A stretch of 64,000 nucleotides of DNA. Source: Barthelona sp. PCE (taxonomy: Eukaryota). The stretch is from positions 372,001 through 436,000 of the forward strand of contig JAUFOR010000004.1 of assembly GCA_040285745.1 (NCBI GenBank), in the 5' to 3' direction. The notes beneath the pieces were generated by a model. The model was not told the origin of the DNA. It ran no database searches and saw only the letters and a program-made list of their open reading frames with translations. A program made the position numbers and the translations under genes. Below are positions 53,228-63,777 of the stretch, one piece after another (the first letter of the stretch is position 1; each line of letters begins with the position of its first letter).

Positions 53228-54652
53228 TTATTCACCGCCGATTTCGACAGTGTTATTGACGAGTTGGCCGTCTGTGAACTTATAGGAATGTACGTAAGCG
53301 ATGGGGAACTCCTTAACAATTAGTCTTTCTTCACCCTTCTCGTCTTCGATTTTCTCCATCCTGCACATGATAATATCGGAACAGCGCGTGGTCTGGACCT
53401 CGTAGTTCTCGTTCTGCTCAATTGAAGGAACAATCTTAAGACCCTGGACATTATCGAGCAAGAAAAGAGGACAAACCCCTGAAAAGTGGACCTCACATGA
53501 CTTTGAGTTGATAAACTCAACCTGACCCATGCTGCTGCTCAGGACTAATGTGAGGCGCTGGCACTTGTTAGCAAATACGGAACGGACGGTGTTAGGAACG
53601 TGAATGACTGTATTTTTAACGTTATAAATCATCAAATCGTGTTTAATTCCAACCTCTGTACAATTCAGTTCCTCGCGCATGTGGTTTTCAATCTTAAACT
53701 GAGTACCAATAAGCTCATAAACAACTGGTTCCTTAGGCTTCTTCTTAAAAGTCTTCTTCTTCTGAACTATTTTTTCTTTGGGTTGAGCGACATCAGACTT
53801 CTTAGCAGCCTTGACCTCTGCCTTAACAGACTTGAGTGCCTTTGTGATATCGAAACCCTGTGAAATCTCACTCAGGAGCGCAGCCTCGCTGTGTTTAGCT
53901 TCGTCAGACGGGGCTTCTGTCTTGGGCGCCTCAGTTGTCTTGGGAGCCTCAGCAACGACCTCGGCCTTGGGCTCAGCAGCTGGAGCTGGAGTTCCGGCAC
54001 CAGGAACGGGGATGATTTCAGTGGCAGCATCATCCTTTCCCAAAAAGTTAAGCTTGTTGGGGTAAAACTTCTCTACATAGTCAGAAAAGTCCTTAATCCA
54101 CTTGCGAAGCTCCTTGTACCAGTCAGCACTGGGCTTAGCGTCTTCTTTCGTACGTGCAGCCTTGATAAGCTTGTTACCCCACATTTCAACAGAAGGGACA
54201 GACATCTCAATGAAATCAGAGACTCCCTCTGTCTGTGCAACCCATGTTAGAAGGGAAATGAATTCGTTGACAACCTTGAACTCACCAAAATGAGGGTGTT
54301 TGCGGTTAACTTCAAAAAGAGGAGCAACTTCACCAAGAAGAGTACCAAGAGGAGCCATGAACGAGGCTCCGTCGGTGGGGTTACCCTTGAGGCAAGCAGT
54401 GTAAATATAATCAGCGGTTAGCGTAATAATTGAGGTTAACTTCTCCATCTTCTGCTTCATATCATCACTGATTGCAGCACCTGCAGTGACGACACCTCCG
54501 AACTTCACAATGAGCTCGTTAAACTTCTTGACCTGCTTAGGAAGACTGATTTCTTCAACTTCGCCGGCTGCCACAGGCCTGCTGGCCATCATGGTCTTGA
54601 TTTCGACGAGTTCCTTCAGGATAGACTGGAGAATAGCTGCTTCTGAGGTCAT
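53228..54652 (-). CDS. CAP: adenylyl cyclase-associated protein (CAP/Srv2)
   Basis: Helical N-domain (LLTWV, MWGNK), WH2 (ALLSEISQGFDITKALKSV) and a CARP beta-helix C-terminus. Confidence 0.88.
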   Translation of the reverse strand: MTSEAAILQSILKELVEIKTMMASRPVAAGEVEEISLPKQVKKFNELIVKFGGVVTAGAAISDDMKQKMEKLTSIITLTADYIYTACLKGNPTDGASFMAPLGTLLGEVAPLFEVNRKHPHFGEFKVVNEFISLLTWVAQTEGVSDFIEMSVPSVEMWGNKLIKAARTKEDAKPSADWYKELRKWIKDFSDYVEKFYPNKLNFLGKDDAATEIIPVPGAGTPAPAAEPKAEVVAEAPKTTEAPKTEAPSDEAKHSEAALLSEISQGFDITKALKSVKAEVKAAKKSDVAQPKEKIVQKKKTFKKKPKEPVVYELIGTQFKIENHMREELNCTEVGIKHDLMIYNVKNTVIHVPNTVRSVFANKCQRLTLVLSSSMGQVEFINSKSCEVHFSGVCPLFLLDNVQGLKIVPSIEQNENYEVQTTRCSDIIMCRMEKIEDEKGEERLIVKEFPIAYVHSYKFTDGQLVNNTVEIGGE

Positions 54653-54828
54653 TTTAAACTAATACGAGAGATAGAATAAAAAAATAATTACGCCTTGTTT
54701 TCGATGTAATACACATCATACACCCCCCATTGTTCGCTTTTACCCCCGAGTACTACATTATCTGAACCGGTAAAGTTAACGACCCTTTCAAGGCTCGATT
54801 CACTTATTCTCTCCATTTCAGACTTGTC

Positions 54829-56364
54829 ATGCCATCCATATCGGATCTTTTTCCAGGAACTCTGACAGACAGAAGCGGAAACACAGTCAGCTCTACAGAG
54901 ATGCAAGGAAAAATTGTGGGAATTTATTGCAGTGCTCATTGGTGCCCACCATGCCGTGCATTCACACCCCTGCTCGCAGACGTCTACAACCAGGCGAAAA
55001 AGAAGAACCTTCCTTTTGAAGTTGTTTTCTTTTCAGGTGATCGCGACGAGGGCAGTTACAGGGAATATCTCGGTGAAATGCCGTGGCTTGCGGCACCATA
55101 CGACTCATACGAACGTCAATCAACCCCTAGCCAGTTCAGCATTCGAGGCATTCCAGCACTTGTTATTGTTGATTTCACAAGCGGATCAAGCGGTTCCGTC
55201 ATCGAGCACAGCGCAGTGGAAGTGATCAGGAACAAGGGCGTGAAAGCCGTTGAAGACTGGTGCCCAGCCGCAGCACGTTGGAATGGAAGTGGAACAAAGG
55301 TAGGTTCCACAACAGCAACAACCCAGAACAATAAGGCAATGCAGATGGCGGCAATGATGGCCCGTGCGGCCGCGATGCAGGACGCTCTTGAGAAGAACAG
55401 TGGGGCAAACGCCCGTGAGGTCAAGACATTCAAGCCAATGATCACACCAAGAGATGAAGTCGTTAGGGCTGTTAAGGAACCGGAAGCGAAGGCCGCAATT
55501 GACCCCGAGCTTGTAGCGCTGGTGATGGAGGTCACAGGTTGTGAGGATAGCATTGCACAGCATGCGCTCGAAAAGTTCCCCACGGCCGTTGACAATGCCA
55601 TCAATTTTGTGTTAGACAGTGGCAATACCATGATGCAGCCCGTTGACGAGAAGCCTGCGGTCGGTGCGGTTGGTTCGGTTACTACACAAGATACTGTTTT
55701 AAACAAGACACCAGAAGCAGCAGAGATCATGCAGCGTATCGAGGGCATGCGAGAGGAAAGCAGTGAGAAAATGGAGCCCGTTGCGGATAAGAGACTGACA
55801 GATGACGACATGAAGCAGATCATTCGCGATCGAATTGAGAAGGCAAAGCGTGATGATGCGGAGGCAGCCCGTAAGCAGGCTATTATCGACGAACGCACCC
55901 GCAGAGAGGAGGGTCAGAAGTCACAGAGGATGAGAGACGAGATCTTGGATATCAAGAAGAAGAGAGATCGCGAGCTCAGGATCAAGAAACGAAATGAGCA
56001 GAACAGAAGACATAGAGAGGTTGTGGCGCGTGTGGAGGCTGCAAAGAAGGAAAGGGCAATGAAGAAGCAGAGAACAGAGCCTGTTGAGGTTGAGACACCT
56101 GAGCCTGCCAAGCCAGTTGTTGCAAAGGTTCGCGTAAATGTAACCACAGCTCTCTTAAAATTCCGTGGTTCCAAGGTCAACTTGCAACACGAGTTCAACG
56201 CCACTGATACGTTCCAAGTTGTGTTTAACTATCTGCGTCAGAATGGTGTCACATCGATAAACATTTTCAACCCCGCAACGAGATCAATGATCACTGCAAA
56301 CGACGGTGCACGAACTCTCAATGAGATGGGGCTTGCTCCCAAGGCGCAATTAATGATACGTTGA
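54829..56364 (+). CDS. nucleoredoxin/tryparedoxin-UBA-coiled coil-UBX fusion protein
   Basis: SAHWCPPCRAFTP...EMPWLA...IRGIPAL, then UBA-like IDPELVALVMEVTGC...AINFV, a UBXN1-like charged helix and UBX-like EFNATDT...TLNEMGLAPKAQL. Confidence 0.8.
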   Translation: MPSISDLFPGTLTDRSGNTVSSTEMQGKIVGIYCSAHWCPPCRAFTPLLADVYNQAKKKNLPFEVVFFSGDRDEGSYREYLGEMPWLAAPYDSYERQSTPSQFSIRGIPALVIVDFTSGSSGSVIEHSAVEVIRNKGVKAVEDWCPAAARWNGSGTKVGSTTATTQNNKAMQMAAMMARAAAMQDALEKNSGANAREVKTFKPMITPRDEVVRAVKEPEAKAAIDPELVALVMEVTGCEDSIAQHALEKFPTAVDNAINFVLDSGNTMMQPVDEKPAVGAVGSVTTQDTVLNKTPEAAEIMQRIEGMREESSEKMEPVADKRLTDDDMKQIIRDRIEKAKRDDAEAARKQAIIDERTRREEGQKSQRMRDEILDIKKKRDRELRIKKRNEQNRRHREVVARVEAAKKERAMKKQRTEPVEVETPEPAKPVVAKVRVNVTTALLKFRGSKVNLQHEFNATDTFQVVFNYLRQNGVTSINIFNPATRSMITANDGARTLNEMGLAPKAQLMIR

Positions 56365-56388
56365 TTTTAGTATTGAAAGTAAACACAT

Positions 56389-58671
56389 TTACTGAATGAG
56401 ATTCTTCAGATAGACCATGATAGGTTCGTTCTTGGAACCGTCCATGCATTTGACGACGAGATCAACGCTCTTTGCTTCGGTATCGTCAACCATATAGACG
56501 AGGACGATCTCACCTTCCAAATGCGCATAACCAAAGTACCTAAAGCCCTGTTCATTGGTACCACTGGCAGCCTTGCGCAGCACACTCATGATACTGTCTG
56601 TTGTACCACTGTAGTTGAAGGAATCTTCTACGCCGTCCATTCCCAAAAACATCTCTTGGAAAGCACTCATTTCGATCTCCGTTGTAACATCAAAATCAAA
56701 AGTAGCAGGTTCAGTGACAGGGGCAGCGGTAGCGGGTGCACCGAAGTCAAGAAGGTCTTCCAATGAAACACCTTTGGGCTGAGGTGCAGCAAACTGCTCG
56801 GGTTCGGGCTCAGTGTACTGTTCGGGTTCGGGTTCGGTATGTGTGGTTTCCTCCATCTTGAGCAACTCGTCATCAACCATAGACATAGACAATGCATCCT
56901 GTAAAAAGAAATCACTGGGTTTACCCATAACAACCGCGAAAGAGTTAAATTCATCGAAAAGAGAGGCGCTGTTGGCTTGTTCAAGAGCGTATTTCTCCTG
57001 CAAAAAGATTTCAGGTTCGACAGGAGCGATTGTAGACAGTAACATATCACGGAACTGGTGAGGATCGCTGTTCATTAACTGGATATGATGGGCGTTAATG
57101 GCAACGAGCATTGTGTTCTTGCAGTTAACTAACACGTTTTGCATCTGGGTGACGACTGATCCCATAGATCCTGCGCGAACAAAGAACATGGTGTATACCG
57201 TGGGTACAAGCAGCGCTTGCGTCTCGTTATCAAGTTCGGACCAATGTTCGAGGAGCTCTTCCAGCAGATATGTGGGGATAGCGTCGGGAAGAACAGGAGC
57301 GATGTAGGGCAGTAAACCGATGAACTCATTGAGGTAAGGTACGTTGAGATGTGGAATGTGTGTGAAAATTGGTAACAAAACACTCTTTAGATAATCTAAC
57401 TTTTGGGGTGTAAGCTGAATCAAAGCCGGGAGTGTAGCAAAAATGGATTTGTATAGGGGCGTTATTTTTGAAGCCAGGATCATTCCAATTCTTCGGAAGA
57501 CGCTATCCACCGCCGACCCGTTAGCGATAAGCTTAGGAAGAATCGAAACTGCACAAGCCGCTACGTTAGGACGCGAGATATTGTGCATTGCGGTGAAGAC
57601 CTCGCTCTCGACGAACTTCCTGTTCTTACCATTGACAACAGCTTCGAAGATCTGAAGCTTAACAATTCTGATGTAGTTGGGATCTTCACGCATTATGGTG
57701 AAGTAATAGAGACAATCCTCGAACAAATTGCCGTAGATACGAACGATTGTAAGGATGTGCTTTAGCATAGAGAAACGGATCTCTTGAGTATAACAGTTTG
57801 AACACCCAAGCGTGATTAGAGGTGTTCGAAGACGGTGCATGGCCTGGTCCAGGAGTTCAGAGTCGTGTGACTGAGACACAATCCAAATCATGGCGCGAAC
57901 ACCAGCAACAACAACGGCAGGGTTGATGGTAGAAAGGACCGTCTCAATAGCATTCATAAGGGGGAAGATCTCCTCCTCGGCTGGGGTGTACTGAGGGATC
58001 AAGTCTAACACAGCAAGTGCTAGGAAGTCAGCCATCTCTCCTGCTCTGTTTAGTAAAGCAATGATGAAGTCGGAAGAGATTGAGCCACCTGTGGATTTCT
58101 GAATCTCAATGATCGACTGAGCGGCAGTTACTGCGACACGTGGATCACGGTCATTAACACAGTTGATGATGTCCTCCATAAAGTTGTTTGCTTCGAAAGC
58201 AGAAGGGTTGTAATGGAATAACTTCAAGGCGCCAATGACAGCGGTACGGCGAACATAGCCTGAGCGATCAGTGAAGCCGTGTTGGATGGGCTCTGCAAGA
58301 TAGTCTAAAACTGAAGGAGCATTAAGGCTAGTGAGACTACGTAGGGCAAGACCACGGATGGAGGGGTCAAAGTCAGATGAGCAGTCCTTTTGCATAGAGT
58401 CTACACTCATAACAGCTAGTTTTGGATTAGAAGATGCATAGTGAATCAAGATGTGGTAGGCGAGCTTCTTCTGCATAATATTTGGGGTGACAGAGAGCAT
58501 CAGCACGTCGGAGAACAGGTCTGAGAGATCAACACCCAATACCATGATGTTGATAACCTTCTTGAGTACTTCAATTTTTCTAGCAGTATTGTTCTTTGCT
58601 AAAGCGTCTCTGATGAGCTTCTTGAGATCATCAACCTCGTTCTTTTGGTTCTCTGTGCGAACGTTACGCAT
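56389..58671 (-). CDS. adaptor protein complex beta subunit (AP-4 beta-like)
   Basis: QKKLAY, QKDC...DPSIRGLALRSLTSL, YVRRTAV, LFDEFNS and a short appendage domain. Subfamily needs phylogeny. Confidence 0.85.
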   Translation of the reverse strand: MRNVRTENQKNEVDDLKKLIRDALAKNNTARKIEVLKKVINIMVLGVDLSDLFSDVLMLSVTPNIMQKKLAYHILIHYASSNPKLAVMSVDSMQKDCSSDFDPSIRGLALRSLTSLNAPSVLDYLAEPIQHGFTDRSGYVRRTAVIGALKLFHYNPSAFEANNFMEDIINCVNDRDPRVAVTAAQSIIEIQKSTGGSISSDFIIALLNRAGEMADFLALAVLDLIPQYTPAEEEIFPLMNAIETVLSTINPAVVVAGVRAMIWIVSQSHDSELLDQAMHRLRTPLITLGCSNCYTQEIRFSMLKHILTIVRIYGNLFEDCLYYFTIMREDPNYIRIVKLQIFEAVVNGKNRKFVESEVFTAMHNISRPNVAACAVSILPKLIANGSAVDSVFRRIGMILASKITPLYKSIFATLPALIQLTPQKLDYLKSVLLPIFTHIPHLNVPYLNEFIGLLPYIAPVLPDAIPTYLLEELLEHWSELDNETQALLVPTVYTMFFVRAGSMGSVVTQMQNVLVNCKNTMLVAINAHHIQLMNSDPHQFRDMLLSTIAPVEPEIFLQEKYALEQANSASLFDEFNSFAVVMGKPSDFFLQDALSMSMVDDELLKMEETTHTEPEPEQYTEPEPEQFAAPQPKGVSLEDLLDFGAPATAAPVTEPATFDFDVTTEIEMSAFQEMFLGMDGVEDSFNYSGTTDSIMSVLRKAASGTNEQGFRYFGYAHLEGEIVLVYMVDDTEAKSVDLVVKCMDGSKNEPIMVYLKNLIQ

Positions 58672-58854
58672 TTATATATGAGAGAAGGAAAAAAAAAATT
58701 ATGTCATGCTATGTTGATCAGTGTCAAGGATTGTGTATGTTGTACCTATGATCAGAAACCTCCCCCAAGTATTTGCTTTGAATTAGACTTTTCTACATAG
58801 TTGAACTTTTATTAAAAATTAAATAAAAATGTACACACGTTGTACTTATTATGT

Positions 58855-59859
58855 TTATGATTCATTAACCACAGTCTTATCATTCATAGAACTTAAAACA
58901 GCATATATCATACCAAAAGCCATTAGAATATTTGCAATAATAAAGAGTAACGAAAAGACTGCTCGACCATTAATAACATCAACTAAAGCGTTGCTTAAAG
59001 GTTGGATTAGAATTGAAAGCGAAACAATAGGGGCACCACCTGGCATGATTGAAACAACAAAAATATATAAAACTGTAACAATGCTAAACATAACTATAGC
59101 GTTATATAAAATGGAGGGTAAATAATCCATCTGAAATTGAATACCTTCAGTAGCAAAAGTAATGATAAGAAGGAAAGGTAGAGCATGTAAATTAATCATA
59201 TAAGCGATATATCTGGAATCAAAACCTCGTTGAGATAAAATAGCACCCAAAACAATGTGCAAAGCAAAACAAAAAGTATCACCAACAAGATAGATCAATC
59301 CCAATGTACCACTGTTGAGATCTATTGTCTGAGTCATTGCTAATATAATACCTAAAAGTGTGATGAACAGACCAATTGTTTTTTTGATATTGTTTTTAAT
59401 ACGTTCTAATCTAAATATAACTGAAAGAACATATACAAAAATTGTAATACCAGGCATCATAGCTCCAACACTGGCTAAATTTGTTAAATTTCTGATACCT
59501 AAAAATAGTAACATTTGTGCTCCAATGGTCAATGCTAAACCACAACACAGCATTAGAAAGTGATCATAAGGTTGCATCTTTGGCTGCTCTTCTTTAACAG
59601 TGAATTTAGAAAAGAAGAACAAAAAAATTGTGCTTGCAATACAAGAGACAGAAAGAAGACTGTATTCTGGTACAGGCCAAGTATCAACTGTGTAGTTTTG
59701 GCCAGTGTATGCAAACTGGATTACAAACATTAAAATCCAAGGTATAATGACGCGTTTAAACACTGATTTCTGTGTAACTTCACTTTTGAGCTCATTAATA
59801 TCGTTTTGCCCTTCTGTAAGAGTCTTAAGCTCAACTTCAACACCACTTGACCCTGTCAT
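58855..59859 (-). CDS. DMT/EamA-like transporter
   Basis: About 10 TM helices in two repeats, with P-x-x-x-x-x-x-x-L-S-x-x-x-x-L-E and GLFITLLGI patterns. Confidence 0.75.
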   Translation of the reverse strand: MTGSSGVEVELKTLTEGQNDINELKSEVTQKSVFKRVIIPWILMFVIQFAYTGQNYTVDTWPVPEYSLLSVSCIASTIFLFFFSKFTVKEEQPKMQPYDHFLMLCCGLALTIGAQMLLFLGIRNLTNLASVGAMMPGITIFVYVLSVIFRLERIKNNIKKTIGLFITLLGIILAMTQTIDLNSGTLGLIYLVGDTFCFALHIVLGAILSQRGFDSRYIAYMINLHALPFLLIITFATEGIQFQMDYLPSILYNAIVMFSIVTVLYIFVVSIMPGGAPIVSLSILIQPLSNALVDVINGRAVFSLLFIIANILMAFGMIYAVLSSMNDKTVVNES

Positions 59860-60269
59860 GCCTTAGATATCGATCGAAAAAGGATATAATGGGAGAATGA
59901 GTTTTTTTAAATGGTAAAATACCTGACCACTTACTAGCACGCTTGTAGATGAGAATTTTTCAAAACTCATATGGATAAATGAGATATGAAGTGGACATGC
60001 CGGTATTATCATCTATGTCAAAGTTTATTTTTTTTTTATATTTTTGGCTTTGTGTGGATCTATACACTTAAAAGATGCTCAGTATGAACTGTAAAACAAG
60101 TTGTGAAAGAATAAATTTTCTTACCAAAATCGAAACCCTTGCTTATATCCTTTTTTAGCCTTAAAACCTGTCAAAAATTCATCCATCCGCGTGATCAAAT
60201 ATGTAATATATACTAAAACAAAAAATAAAGCCGAATTCCAATATTTCACTCCTTACAAATAACACACAC

Positions 60270-60659
60270 ATGGAAAAAGAACAAATTTGGGACAGGCTCA
60301 TGCAACAAGATGGATACCCATCTCCAAAATACGTGAATCCAGAACAATACAAGAATTTGCCACCAAAACAACCTTTCAGAGCTTTTGCCCAGTTTAAGAG
60401 TTCTGGGCCCGGGTTGCAAATCATCGGGGCTTCATCTGCCGAATCCACAGAATGGGATGCAAATCTAGATATTACACAACTCACATCAATTTTCAATGAA
60501 GACGATTTGGTTGAAGTACTTGGAATGAAGGGCGAGGACGGCAAATTGCACGTGTTGGCAAGCATCTTTATTGGAGATCCTCAAAAAGGTGCTGCTATTG
60601 ATCCTGAAGTGTATAAATTTACTGCTGACATTATGCACAGTATGTCTGAGATATTTTAG
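60270..60659 (+). CDS. RPA3: replication protein A 14-kDa subunit-like OB-fold protein
   Basis: PKYVN, LVEVLG and C-terminal helix IDPEVYKF...EIF, with the expected size. Confidence 0.6.
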   Translation: MEKEQIWDRLMQQDGYPSPKYVNPEQYKNLPPKQPFRAFAQFKSSGPGLQIIGASSAESTEWDANLDITQLTSIFNEDDLVEVLGMKGEDGKLHVLASIFIGDPQKGAAIDPEVYKFTADIMHSMSEIF

Positions 60660-61025
60660 AGGTTATTGACAATTTATTAGTAGTAAATAACAGCGTAGTT
60701 TTTTTTTATCATGCAGTAATTAGATAATTACAGATAGCTTGGTTTTGAAATGAGTCTGCATTACTATTTACAACTTGGAAGATGTTATTATAAAGCTTTT
60801 TTGTAAAGTAATGCATATAGAATCTAATGTTTTTTTACTTATGCATTAAGCAAATAAACATACTTTAATATGCCCCCAAAAATGGTCTCTTGCAACCGAA
60901 TAAACACTTCAAGCAGTCAATAACAAATTTTGAGACAGAACAGTTTTGTTTCATCGATTTTATCCCTTTACCAAGTATTCAAAGCATGCATTATCGCACA
61001 AGTAGGTTATTTTATCCCCCACAAA

Positions 61026-63632
61026 ATGAAAATTAGAGCACATAACCGATTTGGGAAAAATGGAACTACAATGTTTATTTTTGTATTTTTTATGGTCTGG
61101 ATCATTCCTGCAGCGGTAGGAAAACTGAACAGAGGGCCAGATGACTTCCATTTTGCAATGTTATCGGAATTAGCAATTTTTTCAGCACCCAATCAATATC
61201 TTCCTCTCTTAGGATATCCACTAGCTTACGTATACACGGGAAGAAACGATAGCCAATTCGAATATTATGATTTTACCGTTTGTGTTAGGAATTATAATCA
61301 GAGTTCAGATTGCGAAATAATTTATAAACTATCAAATACTGCAGCAGTACATCATATCAACACACCTGAATATGGTATTTCTGGTGGTGCAAAAGAAATT
61401 GTATTCTTTAAGAGGTTAAAGAACGACAGTGTGATCATTGTAGAACACATTGTTCCTTTTGTTTTTGCATTTGCAAATGATGTTAGCAATGTATTACCTA
61501 CTATAGTATATACAGCTATTTTTGTTGTGATATTCTTAATGGGAAGATTCTTACCACAGTCAAATTTGTTTTATTTTCCTATTTATGTGTTACGTGCAGC
61601 AGTAATTTTACTTTGTGATGCTTTAATTTTTTTAATTCTGTTCAGTACTGTACTATCAGAATCGTCACAAAGGTTCTTATCCGCATTGTTATTTGCTTTT
61701 TTACCTTATTTATTATTATTATATTCAGGTACCCAGCAATTGATACTTTTTGTTTTGGAGAATGGCACAAAAATTTTTGCATTGTCTTCTGATCAAATAG
61801 TTTCAAATATTCTTTGCAATTCAATTTTAAACCATTTCTTGTTTAAATTAGCACTTTTACTAATTTCTTTAATAGTTTTTAGATTTATATGTTTACCTTT
61901 CCGAGATAATTCATTTTCTGAATTCTTTGGTCTGATGGTTTTACGTTTTTGTTGTGTAGCAACTTTAACATCATTCTTACAACAAGTTCAATTATTTAAT
62001 TCCATTTTTGTGAGATTATTGTTGGGTTCTTTGTTTTTTGTTGTTTGGGTATTATTGTTTACTGTAATACAAATAATGCCATTTAAATATATTTTCAATA
62101 AGATAATTTTATTTTGGAAAAAAGGTTCAAAAAATCAACGTGCATATACAGATTTGGAATTTAGAATATTGTTAGAGACAGAAATGTATTTAGAATCAAT
62201 TATTGATGGTGAGAGGCAAAAAAAGTCTGAAACAGAACCTTCTTCACAGAACATCTCGATAATTGGAGAAGAACGTAAGCGAAAATTTTCATTTGAATTT
62301 GTTTCGTTTTTTAAAGTACTTAATTCTACTCCTAATGGTTCTATTGAAGAGAAGGAAAAGTTTGGCAGAGGATGTTCTGTTTGTCAACTCCTCAGACATC
62401 CTATTATTATTAAAAGATTTCTTCGTGCATCGTTGCGTGGTGCTTTTGGTTTTAGTCACGACTATGACGTCATTCTAGCATCGTATCTTGCTAGGTTAGT
62501 TGTTGACAACCAGTTGCACGTGTCAGAACAAGAGGTATTGAGCAGAACAAAGAAGGTAGTGCCAACAAATAACACTGATCGACGATTAAGTATTAATTCT
62601 GATTCACACTCAAGATATAGCTCTTCAACGGTGGATTTCACATCAACAATACCATTTGTTGAGATTGAAGCGTTGAGAGTCAAAATAGTGAATCATATGC
62701 ACAATTATGCACGATTTTTTAGTTTAATTTTCATTTTCATACCAATTAAAGGATTTGTTGTTCTTCATCTTGTGTGTTGTCGTCTTGGTCGGTTTCCAAT
62801 TAAAAGAAAGATGACACTACATGAAAAGATTGACTGCAATCCGACGAGACATTTAGGAATCCTAAATCATCCCAAAACTTCTTATTATATAGGCGCCATT
62901 GTCTTATTCATCATGGAGCTGGGTTGTGCATCGGTTTTTTCTTTCTCTCGTAAAGTAAGTCAGTTTCACTTATGGTGTTTCTTGTTTTTTGCAACATGGA
63001 TTGCTATAGCAGTTACAAATGGTGTACGGAAGTACAGGAGGTTTCATGATCCGTGGTGGGATTTTAAAAAATTGCACAATCATTTAACAGCTTCAAAAAC
63101 GTCAAAGAGTTTTGCAACTGAAAGTAATAGATCATTAAGATCATTAAGTAGGATATCAACAAAGGATCATCTGAGTGATCCCCCAACCAATTTTGATTAT
63201 ATCACCGAGGAATTGGGGATGGAAAGTGTCAGTGAACATTTGAGTGTGTATGGTGATGATTTTTCTCCAACAATAAGAGTTTCTGCAACCAATGAATTAC
63301 AACCACTAAATCTTTCCGGTGAATTTGATGCATTTGATGAGTTTGCAGAGATACAAGAGGTTCAAGAGTTGGACTTTTTTGATGCTATCAAGTCTTCTGG
63401 AATGCAGTTCGATGAAGAAAGCATTTTTATTCCTCCAGAAATCGCTGAATTGGCTGATAACGTCTGCTCTGTATTATTGTTGCATGAAGAAGTACATTTT
63501 GAGACTGCAGTAACACTAATCTCACAAAGTTTAGCAGAAGCAAGGGATTTTGGTCCTTCAACACCAATAATGGATATGATTGATCTTGAATCTATATCAA
63601 ATTCACTTAAATCAGAGTTTTATACCGAATAA
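61026..63632 (+). CDS. large multi-pass membrane protein of unknown function
   Basis: ORF of about 870 aa with a signal/anchor, a luminal segment, about 7 TM helices, a loop, 3 more TM helices and an acidic tail; AT-rich codons. Confidence 0.7.
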   Translation: MKIRAHNRFGKNGTTMFIFVFFMVWIIPAAVGKLNRGPDDFHFAMLSELAIFSAPNQYLPLLGYPLAYVYTGRNDSQFEYYDFTVCVRNYNQSSDCEIIYKLSNTAAVHHINTPEYGISGGAKEIVFFKRLKNDSVIIVEHIVPFVFAFANDVSNVLPTIVYTAIFVVIFLMGRFLPQSNLFYFPIYVLRAAVILLCDALIFLILFSTVLSESSQRFLSALLFAFLPYLLLLYSGTQQLILFVLENGTKIFALSSDQIVSNILCNSILNHFLFKLALLLISLIVFRFICLPFRDNSFSEFFGLMVLRFCCVATLTSFLQQVQLFNSIFVRLLLGSLFFVVWVLLFTVIQIMPFKYIFNKIILFWKKGSKNQRAYTDLEFRILLETEMYLESIIDGERQKKSETEPSSQNISIIGEERKRKFSFEFVSFFKVLNSTPNGSIEEKEKFGRGCSVCQLLRHPIIIKRFLRASLRGAFGFSHDYDVILASYLARLVVDNQLHVSEQEVLSRTKKVVPTNNTDRRLSINSDSHSRYSSSTVDFTSTIPFVEIEALRVKIVNHMHNYARFFSLIFIFIPIKGFVVLHLVCCRLGRFPIKRKMTLHEKIDCNPTRHLGILNHPKTSYYIGAIVLFIMELGCASVFSFSRKVSQFHLWCFLFFATWIAIAVTNGVRKYRRFHDPWWDFKKLHNHLTASKTSKSFATESNRSLRSLSRISTKDHLSDPPTNFDYITEELGMESVSEHLSVYGDDFSPTIRVSATNELQPLNLSGEFDAFDEFAEIQEVQELDFFDAIKSSGMQFDEESIFIPPEIAELADNVCSVLLLHEEVHFETAVTLISQSLAEARDFGPSTPIMDMIDLESISNSLKSEFYTE

Positions 63633-63777
63633 TAACAAATATAAAAATTAATTTTGAAATTAGTCGTTTTATTACTATATTTTCAATAAACTAACATTTT
63701 TGCTGTTTTTGTTTTTGTATGTGCGGGGGTTAAAAGGAAAAAAGGGTTAAAAATCCAGTATAGAAAAGTTAAAATCT

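Noticed and set aside
10416..55898. Long antisense ORFs in the track (e.g. 10416-10970, 14427-15005, 22172-22714, 55116-55898)
   Set aside because: They are shadows of real genes on the opposite strand, Ser/Phe/Leu-rich and without motifs.
56795..56840. 24-bp imperfect duplication (TEPEPEQ x2) in beta-adaptin, and AT-rich repeats near 52280-52313
   Set aside because: Ordinary slippage in a hinge or spacer. No CRISPR-like array exists in the window.
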